Below, piece by piece: positions 1 through 8,217 of a stretch of DNA of 64,000 bases. Within the stretch, counting starts at the first letter, position 1; each line of letters begins with the position of its first letter. The position numbers and the translations under genes are program-made. The stretch covers positions 768,465 to 832,464 of the forward strand of contig CBDEUN010000003.1 in NCBI GenBank assembly GCA_965243305.1, written 5' to 3'. The notes beneath the pieces were generated by a model. It was not told the origin of the DNA. It saw only the letters and a list, made by a program, of their open reading frames with translations, and made no database searches. This DNA comes from Arenicellales bacterium. Its GTDB lineage: Bacteria > Pseudomonadota > Gammaproteobacteria > Arenicellales > JAJDZL01.

Positions 1-868
1 TCGCAAAACAGAGAATCATGGTTAAGCCAGCACTCGATCTTTTCGTAAGACCTATCGGGCGTTTGGGTAGAAGCCGATTGTCCTCAGCCTTGGCGTCCAT
101 TCTGAGAAACAGCCATAGAAGTGCGACTCCTGCCAATACCAGAGCGGGTGTCTTAGTGGTAGAAACATTAATTCCTGCTGCGGCAATCAACAATACACCA
201 AGACACAGAACCAAGAGTCTACGAACGGGGAATCGACCCTCTGACTTTCCAATTTCGCCACTTGAAAGACCCGAAAAACCGAAGCGAATCCAGGTAGCAA
301 GAACGACTGACAAAATTGTGAAGTACCAGAAGGCACTCTGCCAGGAAAGGTGCTCCACGAACAGCGCTCCGATTAGTGGTCCGAGAAATGCTGACGTACC
401 CCAAATTGCAGAGATGATCGCCATAGCCCTTGGCATTAGATGTGAGGGGAAAAGGGTGCCGATTGCAACAAAAGACATCGCAACCAGTCCGCCCCCACCG
501 AGTCCCTGAAAAAGACGCCCGACGAGCATCACCGGCATAATGTTCGCAAGAGCGCATATCATGCTGCCCAAAGTAAAGACCAAGGCGGCTATGCTCATGG
601 GGTTGCGCAAGCCATAGCGGTAAACAATCAGACCACTTCCTGCCCCTACGAGAATGGACCCTAATTCATAAAGTGCGAATGTCCAAGGAACGAGTGATAT
701 ACCGCCGATGTTCTCGACGATATTCGGAATCATCGTCGACATCGCGGTCACCATTGAAGCATGTAGCCAGACCGAAAGACAGATAAAGGCCATTGACCGT
801 CGGTAGTCTTTCTGCAGGATTTCTTTCCACCCAGATTTCGCAGGAACTGAGGAATGTTGGGGATTCAC
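1..868 (-). CDS. MFS-type transporter, N-terminal part (gene continues past the left edge)
   Basis: This frame is absent from the ORF track because it has no stop inside the window. The minus-strand frame from GTG 868 (or ATG 793) down to position 1 is stop-free. It reads ...AFICLSVWLHASMVTAMSTMIPNIVENIGG...VMLVGRLFQGLGGGGLVAMSFVAIGTLFP...GPLIGALFVEHLSWQSAFWY..., i.e. TM helices plus a glycine-rich MFS-like motif. Listed ORFs 18..509, 219..557 and 666..881 are off-frame shadows. Confidence 0.6.
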   Translation of the reverse strand, partial: MNPQHSSVPAKSGWKEILQKDYRRSMAFICLSVWLHASMVTAMSTMIPNIVENIGGISLVPWTFALYELGSILVGAGSGLIVYRYGLRNPMSIAALVFTLGSMICALANIMPVMLVGRLFQGLGGGGLVAMSFVAIGTLFPSHLMPRAMAIISAIWGTSAFLGPLIGALFVEHLSWQSAFWYFTILSVVLATWIRFGFSGLSSGEIGKSEGRFPVRRLLVLCLGVLLIAAAGINVSTTKTPALVLAGVALLWLFLRMDAKAEDNRLLPKRPIGLTKRSSAGLTMILCFA

Positions 869-1333
869 GGTCTTGACTCACAAATTAGGGAATGCATCGT
901 GTTGGCAATATGCTGAACTGAAGTCTGCTTGGCTGTCATAACTTCTGAAGATACTCCTACATTTGTGAAATGTGGTTAGGTTCTTCCTCGGTCAATTACG
1001 ACAACGATATTTTCTCTCTCAAATAACGAGTACTCCTGCCCACAGCAAAATGAAATCAATCGACCTATCAACTTGGATGCAACGATATATGTTCCGACTC
1101 CCATACTAGTTCTCTAGGCACAAACTACCGACAGAACTTCCATCGCGACCAACATTCAAGACACAAGCCTTCACTAAGGTGCTCTAAGAAGCTGGCAGTT
1201 ATAGTTATTCTCTACTGTTTGCCTTGCTACAATGAGTCTTTCGACATATTGAACTGATTACATTAGGCGATATATTCACTGCCGAGAGTGAGCCTATTCT
1301 TTTGCTACAGTTTTCGAACGATGGAGATAGATT

Positions 1334-1558
1334 ATGATTGATGATGTCATAAATCGAGACCCGGAAATTATGGGTGGCACTCCTGTCTTTTGTGGCACTC
1401 GAGTTCCAATCCGAACTTTATGGGACCACCTAGAAGCAGGGATTCCCCTCGCCGAATTTTTAGCTGATTACCCCACGGTACAACGAGAACAGGCAACTGC
1501 GGTACTGAAACATGCAGCAGACATTCTCTTGGGCGAGTCAAGTAAAACTTCTGCTTGA
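1334..1558 (+). CDS. DUF433-family antitoxin-like protein
   Basis: 74 aa. DPEIMGGTPVFCGTRVPIRTLWDHLEAGIPLAEFLADYPTVQREQATAVLKHA matches the DUF433 pattern (GG.P.i.GTR.pv..l...l..G....eil.dYP.l). Confidence 0.6.
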   Translation: MIDDVINRDPEIMGGTPVFCGTRVPIRTLWDHLEAGIPLAEFLADYPTVQREQATAVLKHAADILLGESSKTSA

Positions 1559-1657
1559 TGAATCTATTGCTCGGCAACTAAGTCGATTTTTCCGGACAAT
1601 TATGAGGTCTACACCGTCCAACAAATGGGTTGAGTAGGAAGTAAAAACGGTGAATAA
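1542..1657 (+). pseudogene. Remnant of a DUF5615 (Mut7-C/PIN-like) toxin partner of DUF433
   Basis: It overlaps the DUF433 stop and reads V(GTA)KLLLDESIARQLSRFF, then needs a frameshift to continue PDNYEVYTVQQMG*VGSKNGE*. The start codon is lost, there is one frameshift and an in-frame TGA where W is expected, and it is truncated at about 38 codons by the adjacent intron stub. Confidence 0.4.
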
Positions 1658-1888
1658 CGCCAATGCCTTCTCACCCACCTTGAACGCCTCGTATGCAATT
1701 TCTGTTCATCAGCTCAGTGGTTTACCTTCGCCTTCCTTCAAATTCCACTTCTCTACGGACACCCTTACCGTTCGGCTAACAGTTCCCTTATCGGGCCGGT
1801 AGCAGACCGCACCGCTAAGTCATCCGATCTCCACCACGTGAAATCGGAATAGCGCCTGTCACGGGGCTGCGCGCCATTCCTAACGCAC
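1658..1888 (-). mobile_element. Group IIC intron, 5' fragment (first ~230 nt of domain I only)
   Basis: The minus strand starts GTGCG four nt after the T-run of the 1893-1920 terminator hairpin. It contains ...ACTGTTAGCCGAACGGTAAGGGTGTCCGTAGAGAAGTGGAATTTGAAGGAAGGCGAAGGTAAACC...CTGATGAACAGAAATTGCATACGAGGCGTTCAAGGTGGGTGAG. From memory this closely parallels domain I of the Oceanobacillus iheyensis group IIC intron (ACAGUUAGCCUAACGCAAGGGUGUCCGUGGCGACAUGGAAUCUGAAGGAAGCGGACGGCAAACC...). No domains II-VI or reverse-transcriptase ORF follow. Confidence 0.6.
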
Positions 1889-1892
1889 CAAC

Positions 1893-1920
1893 AAAAAAGC
1901 GGCCCGCAGGCCGCTTTTTT
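1893..1920 (-). terminator. Rho-independent terminator (bidirectional A6-stem-T6), 3' end of the tracrRNA candidate
   Basis: aaaaaa GCGGCC cgca GGCCGC tttttt: a perfect 6-bp GC stem with a 4-nt loop, flanked by A6 and T6. Confidence 0.7.
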
Positions 1921-1978
1921 AATGTTGCGAAATCTCACTTGTTAATCTCAGCAGTGAGACCTCATTTCCCTAACGAGC
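1893..1978 (-). ncRNA. Candidate tracrRNA of the type II-C system
   Basis: The minus strand of 1941-1970 is GGGAAATGAGG-TCTCACT-GCTGAGATTAAC. GGGAAAUGAGG pairs perfectly (11 bp) with crRNA repeat nt 13-23 (CCUCAUUUCCC). GCUGAGAUUAAC pairs with repeat nt 1-11 (GUUGUCUCAGC; 11 bp including one G-U, with one bulged U). A 7-nt tracr bulge separates the two. Downstream is AAGUGAGAUUUCGCAACAUU, then the intrinsic terminator GCGGCC-UGCG-GGCCGC-UUUUUU. An extended -10 TGGTATAAA lies at 1981-1989 (minus). The 5' end is not determined. Confidence 0.6.
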
Positions 1979-2034
1979 ATTTTATACCATCTCAAAGCAT
2001 GTAATCATATTGTTAGTCGATAATTCATTTGATT

Positions 2035-3371
2035 CACTAGTGTCCCGTTAAATTATCGAATAAATTCAATTGTTTAAGAGACGGCCTCGGTTCTGGTTTG
2101 GGATTGTAATTTGCAAGTAGTTGAATTAGTGTCATTTTCTCAAATAAAGTCGTATCAAGAACCTGGCAGAAAGTGTAGAGATTTTCCTTGAAATTCACTC
2201 GTTTCCTGATGATCGCAAGTAACACATAAACCGAAACAGCAATCCAGATTTGTGTTTTGACGGCATTTTCGCTGGTACCGTAGAACGATTTGATTCGCAG
2301 GTGCTGTTTGATCCACTTAAAGAAAAGCTCCACCTGCCATCTGTTCCTGTATAGTTCAGCAATAGTCAGCGCCGGCAGATATGTATTGTTGGTCAGGAAA
2401 ATCAGACTCTTGTCCCGCTCGCGGTCGACATACCTGATGCGTCTGAGTTTATCCGGATAACGCTTCGCACTTTTGGTCCCGGTCAGCACACCGCTCTGAT
2501 CATAGATCAACCCTTCATTCCTGTCGTTTGCATGCGAGTACAGGCGGCGGAATTGGGTGTTGGATTTGGCACGCACCACAAAGTAGCTGCCGTAGCGGTG
2601 AAACGTGTGCAGGCGCTCGTAATCAAGGTATGCCCGATCCATCACATAGATGGCGCCGGGTTCTGGCAGCAGGGCATCAAGAACGTTGACATCATTGAGC
2701 TTCGCTTCGGTGATTTCGATGAATGAGGGGATGTTTCCCTGTAAATCCAATAATGTATGCAGCTTGATGCCGGATTTGGTTTTGCGAAACCGTGCCCACG
2801 GAAACACCGACAGGCACAGATCGATGGTTGAGGAGTCGAGGGCATAGATGGTTTCCTGAAGATTCAGCCCGCTGTCTTGCGGGCCATACAGTGGCCGAGC
2901 TTGTGCGATCAGGTGTTGCGCAAAGTCGGCATACAGGCGCCAGTCGCGATTTTCATTCGCTTTGGCCAGCGTGCTTCTCGACACCCCGCCGGGCAAACCC
3001 AAGTGGTACAGTTTGTCGTGATGGGTACGCAGGCAAACCACCAGATCGCGTAAACTGCTGCGGCGATTCAACTGCGCAATGGCCATGGCCCGGTATTGTT
3101 GTGAGCAATAAAAGGATTGAACTTTGTGATCGCCCCGGTAGCGATCCACACAGCGGTGAAACGATTTCCATGGCAGGTGGGCCATAAGCTGCGAAAAAAT
3201 GAACTTTCCCTCGTACATGATGGGTATACTCCTGATTGATAATAACTCGGTTTGGAGGGTTATTCGAGACCACTGCTTTCGCTGAAGTCTCGGACACCCT
3301 CCAACAGGGGTTTATATTATTGAAATCAATCAGATACACCACTGTTTTCTCAAAACAACGGGACACTAGTG
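2035..3371 (-). mobile_element. IS4-family insertion sequence (1337 bp)
   Basis: Perfect 15-bp terminal inverted repeats CACTAGTGTCCCGTT (2035-2049 and the reverse complement of 3357-3371). Flanked by a 9-bp direct duplication CATTTGATT (2026-2034 and 3372-3380). Contains one transposase ORF. Confidence 0.85.
2037..3218 (-). CDS. IS4-family DDE transposase (DUF4372-type N-terminus)
   Basis: 393 aa. The N-terminus FSQLMAHLPWKSFHRCVDRYRGDHKVQSFYCSQQYRAMAIAQLNRRSSLRDL is typical of DUF4372. DDE region: YALDSSTIDLC ... YVMDRAYLDYERL ... YRNRWQVELFFKWIKQHL. Confidence 0.85.
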   Translation of the reverse strand: MYEGKFIFSQLMAHLPWKSFHRCVDRYRGDHKVQSFYCSQQYRAMAIAQLNRRSSLRDLVVCLRTHHDKLYHLGLPGGVSRSTLAKANENRDWRLYADFAQHLIAQARPLYGPQDSGLNLQETIYALDSSTIDLCLSVFPWARFRKTKSGIKLHTLLDLQGNIPSFIEITEAKLNDVNVLDALLPEPGAIYVMDRAYLDYERLHTFHRYGSYFVVRAKSNTQFRRLYSHANDRNEGLIYDQSGVLTGTKSAKRYPDKLRRIRYVDRERDKSLIFLTNNTYLPALTIAELYRNRWQVELFFKWIKQHLRIKSFYGTSENAVKTQIWIAVSVYVLLAIIRKRVNFKENLYTFCQVLDTTLFEKMTLIQLLANYNPKPEPRPSLKQLNLFDNLTGH

Positions 3372-3579
3372 CATTTGATTTGTTAATTTGTTTGCAACGC
3401 TAGGTCGCTAGCTGCGGATCAATGAACCGGATAATGATCGTCTATGAGAGGTTATTCTTTTTGATGTAATATAACAAACATCATAAATCTAAATCTAAAA
3501 TTTCGACCATCAAATACAGCACTTTCAATTTGATTTCACCACTGTAGGCGTTCTTTCACCTGCTTCGATTAGGTACTTT

Positions 3580-6500
3580 ATGATGCAATATAGACTGGGA
3601 CTTGATATCGGCACTAACTCAATAGGATGGGCAGTTTTGGAAATTGGGGATGACGGTGAATTTCACAGCATTGTTTCGAGCGGAGTAAGAGTTTTTTCTG
3701 ACGGCAGAGACCCAAAATCCAATTCCACTCTCAAAGCTACTCGTCGCGAGGCTAGATCAATGCGACGACGCAGAGACCGTTATCTTCAGAGACGAACCTA
3801 TCTGTTGAACGAACTGACTAAATGTGGACTGTTCCCTAGCGAGACGGATGAACGATTGAAACTTCAAACTTTAAATCCACTGGAATTGAGAGCGAAGGCA
3901 CTGGAAACTAAGTTACCGCTGTATCACATTGGTCGTGCTCTGTTTCACATTAACCAGCGGCGCGGGTTCAAAAGTAATCGAAAGGACAAAAGCAAAGAAG
4001 TAAAAACTGGAAAAATCGCAGAGTCCTCTCGAAAACTACTTGAACAGATGGAATTAATTGAAACTGAGACAAACCAATCACTCTCTAGTGAAAAGAAATC
4101 GTCCACTGGAGAAAGAGTAGCGAGCAAGCGTCAATGCGCGATGGAACAACTAAAAAACAGAAAGGATCTATCGTTTGGATCATTCTTATGGAAACGCCAA
4201 CAAATGGGATTGCCCACAAGAGCGAGACCAAACAGTGACAGCAAACTTTATGACGTTTATCCGACCCGGGAAATGTTGGAAGATGAATTCCACAAAATTT
4301 GGGATGCATAAGCAAATAATTACTCTGTTGAACTTACAAATGAATTGAAAGATAGACTGTTTCAGGTGATATTTCACCAAAGAAATCTTAAATCTCAGCC
4401 GATTGGCAAGTGTGTATATCTTCCTAGCGAATTTCGAGTACATCGTGCCATGCCGAGCTTCCAGCGCTATCGAATTTATCAAGAAGTCAACTATCTAGAA
4501 TGGCAAAGTAGTTTGGGTAGAGTCAAACTGATCGAAAATCGGCTTGATCGAGACAGAGTAATTGAAATGCTTGAACGACCTTCGGTAGGAAAAAAACCAT
4601 CTAGTAGGAATTCTCGGATTTCGTTTAATGCTATCAGAAAAGAACTGAAAACAAGGGAAACAATGCTCGAAGATTGCGAATTCAACCTTGAATCAGAAAA
4701 TCGTAAAGAACTCGATGGAAATCAGACATCAATCTTCATGCAACATAGGGAATATGTCGGTTCCGATTGGCATGACTGGTCGCTTGACAAACAAGACAGA
4801 TTTATTGCAATAATTTTGGATGATCAGCTTACTGATCAGGAAGTTTGTGACAGGCTAGTGAATGAGTATGGTTTATCGCCCGAGTCAGCTGAAAATTGCC
4901 TGAACGCCAATCTGACTGAAGGAACTGCCAACATTTCGGTTCGGGCAGCTCGCATATTGGCCAAGATTATGGAAGTGGATATGTTCTCTCAGTCAGAAGC
5001 TGTGCAAAAAGCATGCGAACTCAATCCGGATTTCCAGAATCCATATGTAAGTCGTCGACGCGGTGAGGTTTTGAAGCAGCTTCCGTATTACGGGGAAGTT
5101 GTTCAAGGTCACATTATTCCAGGTGTGGGAACTGAGGACAATTATCAAGCTCGAATTGGAATGGTTTCAAACCCTACAGTACACATCGCGCTGAACCAAC
5201 TTCGCCTTGTAGTTAATGAACTGATGAGCAGATATGGAAATCCTCAATCAATATCGATTGAATTGGCCCGTGACTTACCGGTTGGACAAGAAGGCCGTAG
5301 TGAAATTTTAAGAAGGCAACGAGAGAATCAAAATCGGAATGAACGCTATAACGAAATTCTAGATGAGTATAACCAGAAGAAAAATCGAGCAAATCGCCTT
5401 CGAATTCAATTATGGGAGGAACAGGGGAAGAAATGTGTATTTACTGGAAAGTCTATCGGAATTTCGAAGTTGTTCAGTGATGCAGTTGAAATTGAACATT
5501 TGATCCCGTTTAGCCAATCGCTAGATGACAGTTTGTCCAATAAGGTAGTTTGTATCCGAGAGGCGAATCGATACAAGAAAAACAGAACCCCATTTGAGGC
5601 ATTTTCAAATAGTGTAGATTACAACTGGAACGAAATTGGAAACCGCGTTAGAGAGTTGCCTAAACCAAAACGATGGCGATTTGATGAAGATGCACTAGAA
5701 AAATGGCACAAGAATGAGCAGGGCAATTTTAGTTCGAGACATTTGAATGATACACGCTACATCAGCCGATTAGCTAGAGAGTATTTGGAGAACATTTGTG
5801 ATTTCAACAAAATTGATGTTGTCACGGGACGACTCACATCCTTATTGAGAGCCACTTGGGGATTAAATTCAGTATTGGGTGAAATTCGCAATGAAACCGA
5901 TGGGGGGAATATCAAGAACAGAGATGATCACCGGCATCACGCGATTGATGCAATCGTAGTGGGTATGACTTCAAAATCCATCATTCAACGCGTATCGACT
6001 GAAGCAAAACATGCTGAAGAACAATTTGACATGTCAAGACTTTTTCCAAAGAAGAAAGGTACAAGTGCCATAGACCCCTGGTATGGGTTTCGTGCAGATG
6101 TCATTAAATCTGTGAGTGAGATAGTTGTGTCTCATAAAGTAAGACAGAAAAATTTAACTCCCAAGTCGGCAGAAGGAAAAAACCGACGAGTAACTGACGG
6201 GCAACTTCACAACGACACCGCATATGGAATTATCGAAGGACCAAACGATAAAGATGTAAGCAAAGTAGTTGTTCGCAAACCAATAGAATACTTCGATTCG
6301 AAGAAAAGGCTACAAAGTATCCGCGACAATTACTTGAAGAGGCGGTTTTTACGAGCGTTTGATAACGATGGCAAGCAAGGAGTGATAGATTTTGCAGGCA
6401 AAAGAGGAATTCGGAGTTTACGGACCATAGAAAACTTATCGGTTATACCCGTAGCAGACTGCAATGGCAAACAATACAAAGCGCACAAAGGAGATTCAAA

Positions 6501-6891
6501 TTGGGGAATTGAAATATTTTCCTTTCCTAAAGGACAAAAAAATTTCGGAAAATGGCAAGGAGTTGTTATTTCCAGTTTTGAAGCGAATCAAGAGAATTTT
6601 AGACCAGGGTTTAGTCGTAGACCACACCCCGCTGCGAAACTCATCATGAGACTTCAGACAAACGAGTGCATTGAAATAGAGGAACAGGGAGAAGTTCGAA
6701 TAATGAGACTGCAGAAGTTCACAAAAAGTGGAGAGATGAATTTCGCACCTGTGAATGAAGCTAATGTCGATTCCAGAAGCAGAGACAAAACATTTCAGTA
6801 CTTGAGTAAGACTGCGAATACACTAAGAAAGGCTGAAGCACGTAAAGTACACATCAGTCCTACTGGTTTGGTCGCTCCTGCGCGTGTTTGA
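3580..6891 (+). pseudogene. cas9: Type II-C Cas9 interrupted by a single in-frame TAA (codon 244); would be 1103 aa if read through
   Basis: ORFs 3580..4311 and 4345..6891 are in the same frame, and no other stop lies between them (..HKIWDA * ANNYSVELTNELKDRLFQVIFHQR..). RuvC-I is LGLDIGTNSIGWAV, followed by an Arg-rich bridge helix (RREARSMRRRRDRYLQRR). RuvC-II is ISIELARDL. HNH is EIEHLIPFSQSLDDSLSNKVVCIREANRYKKNRTP. RuvC-III is DDHRHHAIDAIVVG. No csn2 or cas4 is present, so this is subtype II-C. Confidence 0.9.
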
Positions 6892-6921
6892 CTTGATATT
6901 GAGTACAACCAGTTCACCATT

Positions 6922-7845
6922 ATGGTCGGTCAAATTGTTGAAATTACCAAGCCCGGTCAAAGTCTGAAAAAGTTTTACGGATTTCTTGATGTCCGTGCGA
7001 GCGGAGAGAGTGCTGGGAGGGTTCCGCTTGACGACATTGTTACAGTCATTATCTCGGTACCAGGTTGTTCAATTTCCACAGTGCTAATTCATGAACTCTG
7101 TAAACGGAACATTCCATTGGTTATTTGTGGCGAAAATTTCTTGCCTTCGTCTTTTACTTTGCCTGTGGTTGGATATGGTCGACAGTTTCAAGTAATGCAA
7201 GCTCAGATCAACCTAAAACTGCCTCAGAAGAAACGAGCCTGGCAACAAATCGTTCGTGCAAAAATTAATAATCAGGCAAAAGTGCTTTCCAATATTGGCG
7301 AAGACAGTACACAACTAGAACGTTTCGCCAAAAACGTACAATCCGGTGACAAAGGTAATTTGGAGGCGCAAGCAGCACGTTACTATTGGCAAAGACTTTT
7401 TGGCCGTCAGTTTCGCAGAAGGCAAGATTCAGCCGGAATAAATTCTGCCTTAAATTACGCATATACCATAGTTCGTGCATGTACTGCGAGAAGTGTTGTT
7501 GCAGCCGGATTACACCCAACTCTTGGCATACAACATCGCTCTCCTACGAATCCAATGAACTTGGTAGACGACTTGGTAGAACCGTTTCGACCGATTGTCG
7601 ATTACATGGTTTGGAATATCGGCGAAGACAAGCTGAGAGAGCTTAGCCCAGATATGAAATTGAAACTAGCATCAATTACAACCCTCAGAATCCCAATAAA
7701 ACTGGGGAAAAAGGTAACAGACGAATCTCCACTGTCTCTAGCTTCGGTAAAAATTTGCAAATCATTTGCGAATTATTGTGATGCAAGTTCAAAAGAGTTG
7801 TTGGTTCCTGATCTACCGGGTCCTATGGACTATTTGTATCTGTGA
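6922..7845 (+). CDS. cas1: CRISPR-associated endonuclease Cas1 (type II)
   Basis: 307 aa directly after cas9. Contains ...NLEAQAARYYWQRLF...NSALNYAYTIVRACTARSVVAAGLHPTLGIQHRSPTNPMNLVDDLVEPFRP, the conserved Cas1 C-terminal core. Confidence 0.9.
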   Translation: MVGQIVEITKPGQSLKKFYGFLDVRASGESAGRVPLDDIVTVIISVPGCSISTVLIHELCKRNIPLVICGENFLPSSFTLPVVGYGRQFQVMQAQINLKLPQKKRAWQQIVRAKINNQAKVLSNIGEDSTQLERFAKNVQSGDKGNLEAQAARYYWQRLFGRQFRRRQDSAGINSALNYAYTIVRACTARSVVAAGLHPTLGIQHRSPTNPMNLVDDLVEPFRPIVDYMVWNIGEDKLRELSPDMKLKLASITTLRIPIKLGKKVTDESPLSLASVKICKSFANYCDASSKELLVPDLPGPMDYLYL

Positions 7846-8183
7846 CCAGAAGATTTGAACTTAGCCCATATCGAATAATGTGGCTTTTTGTGATGTTTGA
7901 TTTACCAGTTGGAACGAAACAGGAACGCAAGGAAGCGACTTTATTTCGTAAAAAGTTGCTGAAGCGAGGTTTTGAAATGTCACAGTTTTCCGTTTATCTA
8001 AAGTACTGTGCATCTAAAGAAAAAGCTGAATCTGTTGGTAATCAAGTAGCAGAAATACTCCCAACCGGAGGCAAAGTCGATGTATTAACAATCACCGACA
8101 AACAATTTTCAAACATGCGGCGTTTCTACGCAAAAAATAAAGTTAAAAATGACCCTCAACCTCGACAATTACATCTATTCTAA
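7842..8183 (+). CDS. cas2: CRISPR-associated endoribonuclease Cas2
   Basis: 113 aa with a GTG start overlapping the cas1 stop. LFVMFDLPVGTKQERKEATLFRKKLLKRGFEMSQFSVYLKY is a typical type II Cas2 N-terminus. Confidence 0.85.
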   Translation: MTRRFELSPYRIMWLFVMFDLPVGTKQERKEATLFRKKLLKRGFEMSQFSVYLKYCASKEKAESVGNQVAEILPTGGKVDVLTITDKQFSNMRRFYAKNKVKNDPQPRQLHLF

Positions 8184-8217
8184 GGGTTATTTCCAAAGCA
8201 GTTTGAGAAATAACCCT
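8183..8217. terminator. 11-bp perfect hairpin between cas2 and the first repeat (possible bidirectional transcription stop)
   Basis: AGGGTTATTTC (8183-8193), a 13-nt loop, then GAAATAACCCT (8207-8217). It starts right after the cas2 stop. There is no clear U-run on either strand. Confidence 0.35.

Noticed and set aside
18-881. Track ORFs 18..509 (+), 219..557 (-) and 666..881 (-)
   Set aside because: A different minus-strand frame is stop-free across the whole region and encodes an obvious MFS transporter. The listed ORFs are overlapping shadows.
2532-3366. Several 60-140-aa ORFs on both strands inside the IS4 element
   Set aside because: They are nested within or antisense to the 393-aa transposase and have no independent support.
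3372-3579. An anti-repeat or tracrRNA in the 208 nt between the IS4 element and cas9, or in the 31-nt cas9-cas1 gap
   Set aside because: I found no stretch resembling the repeat or its complement there.
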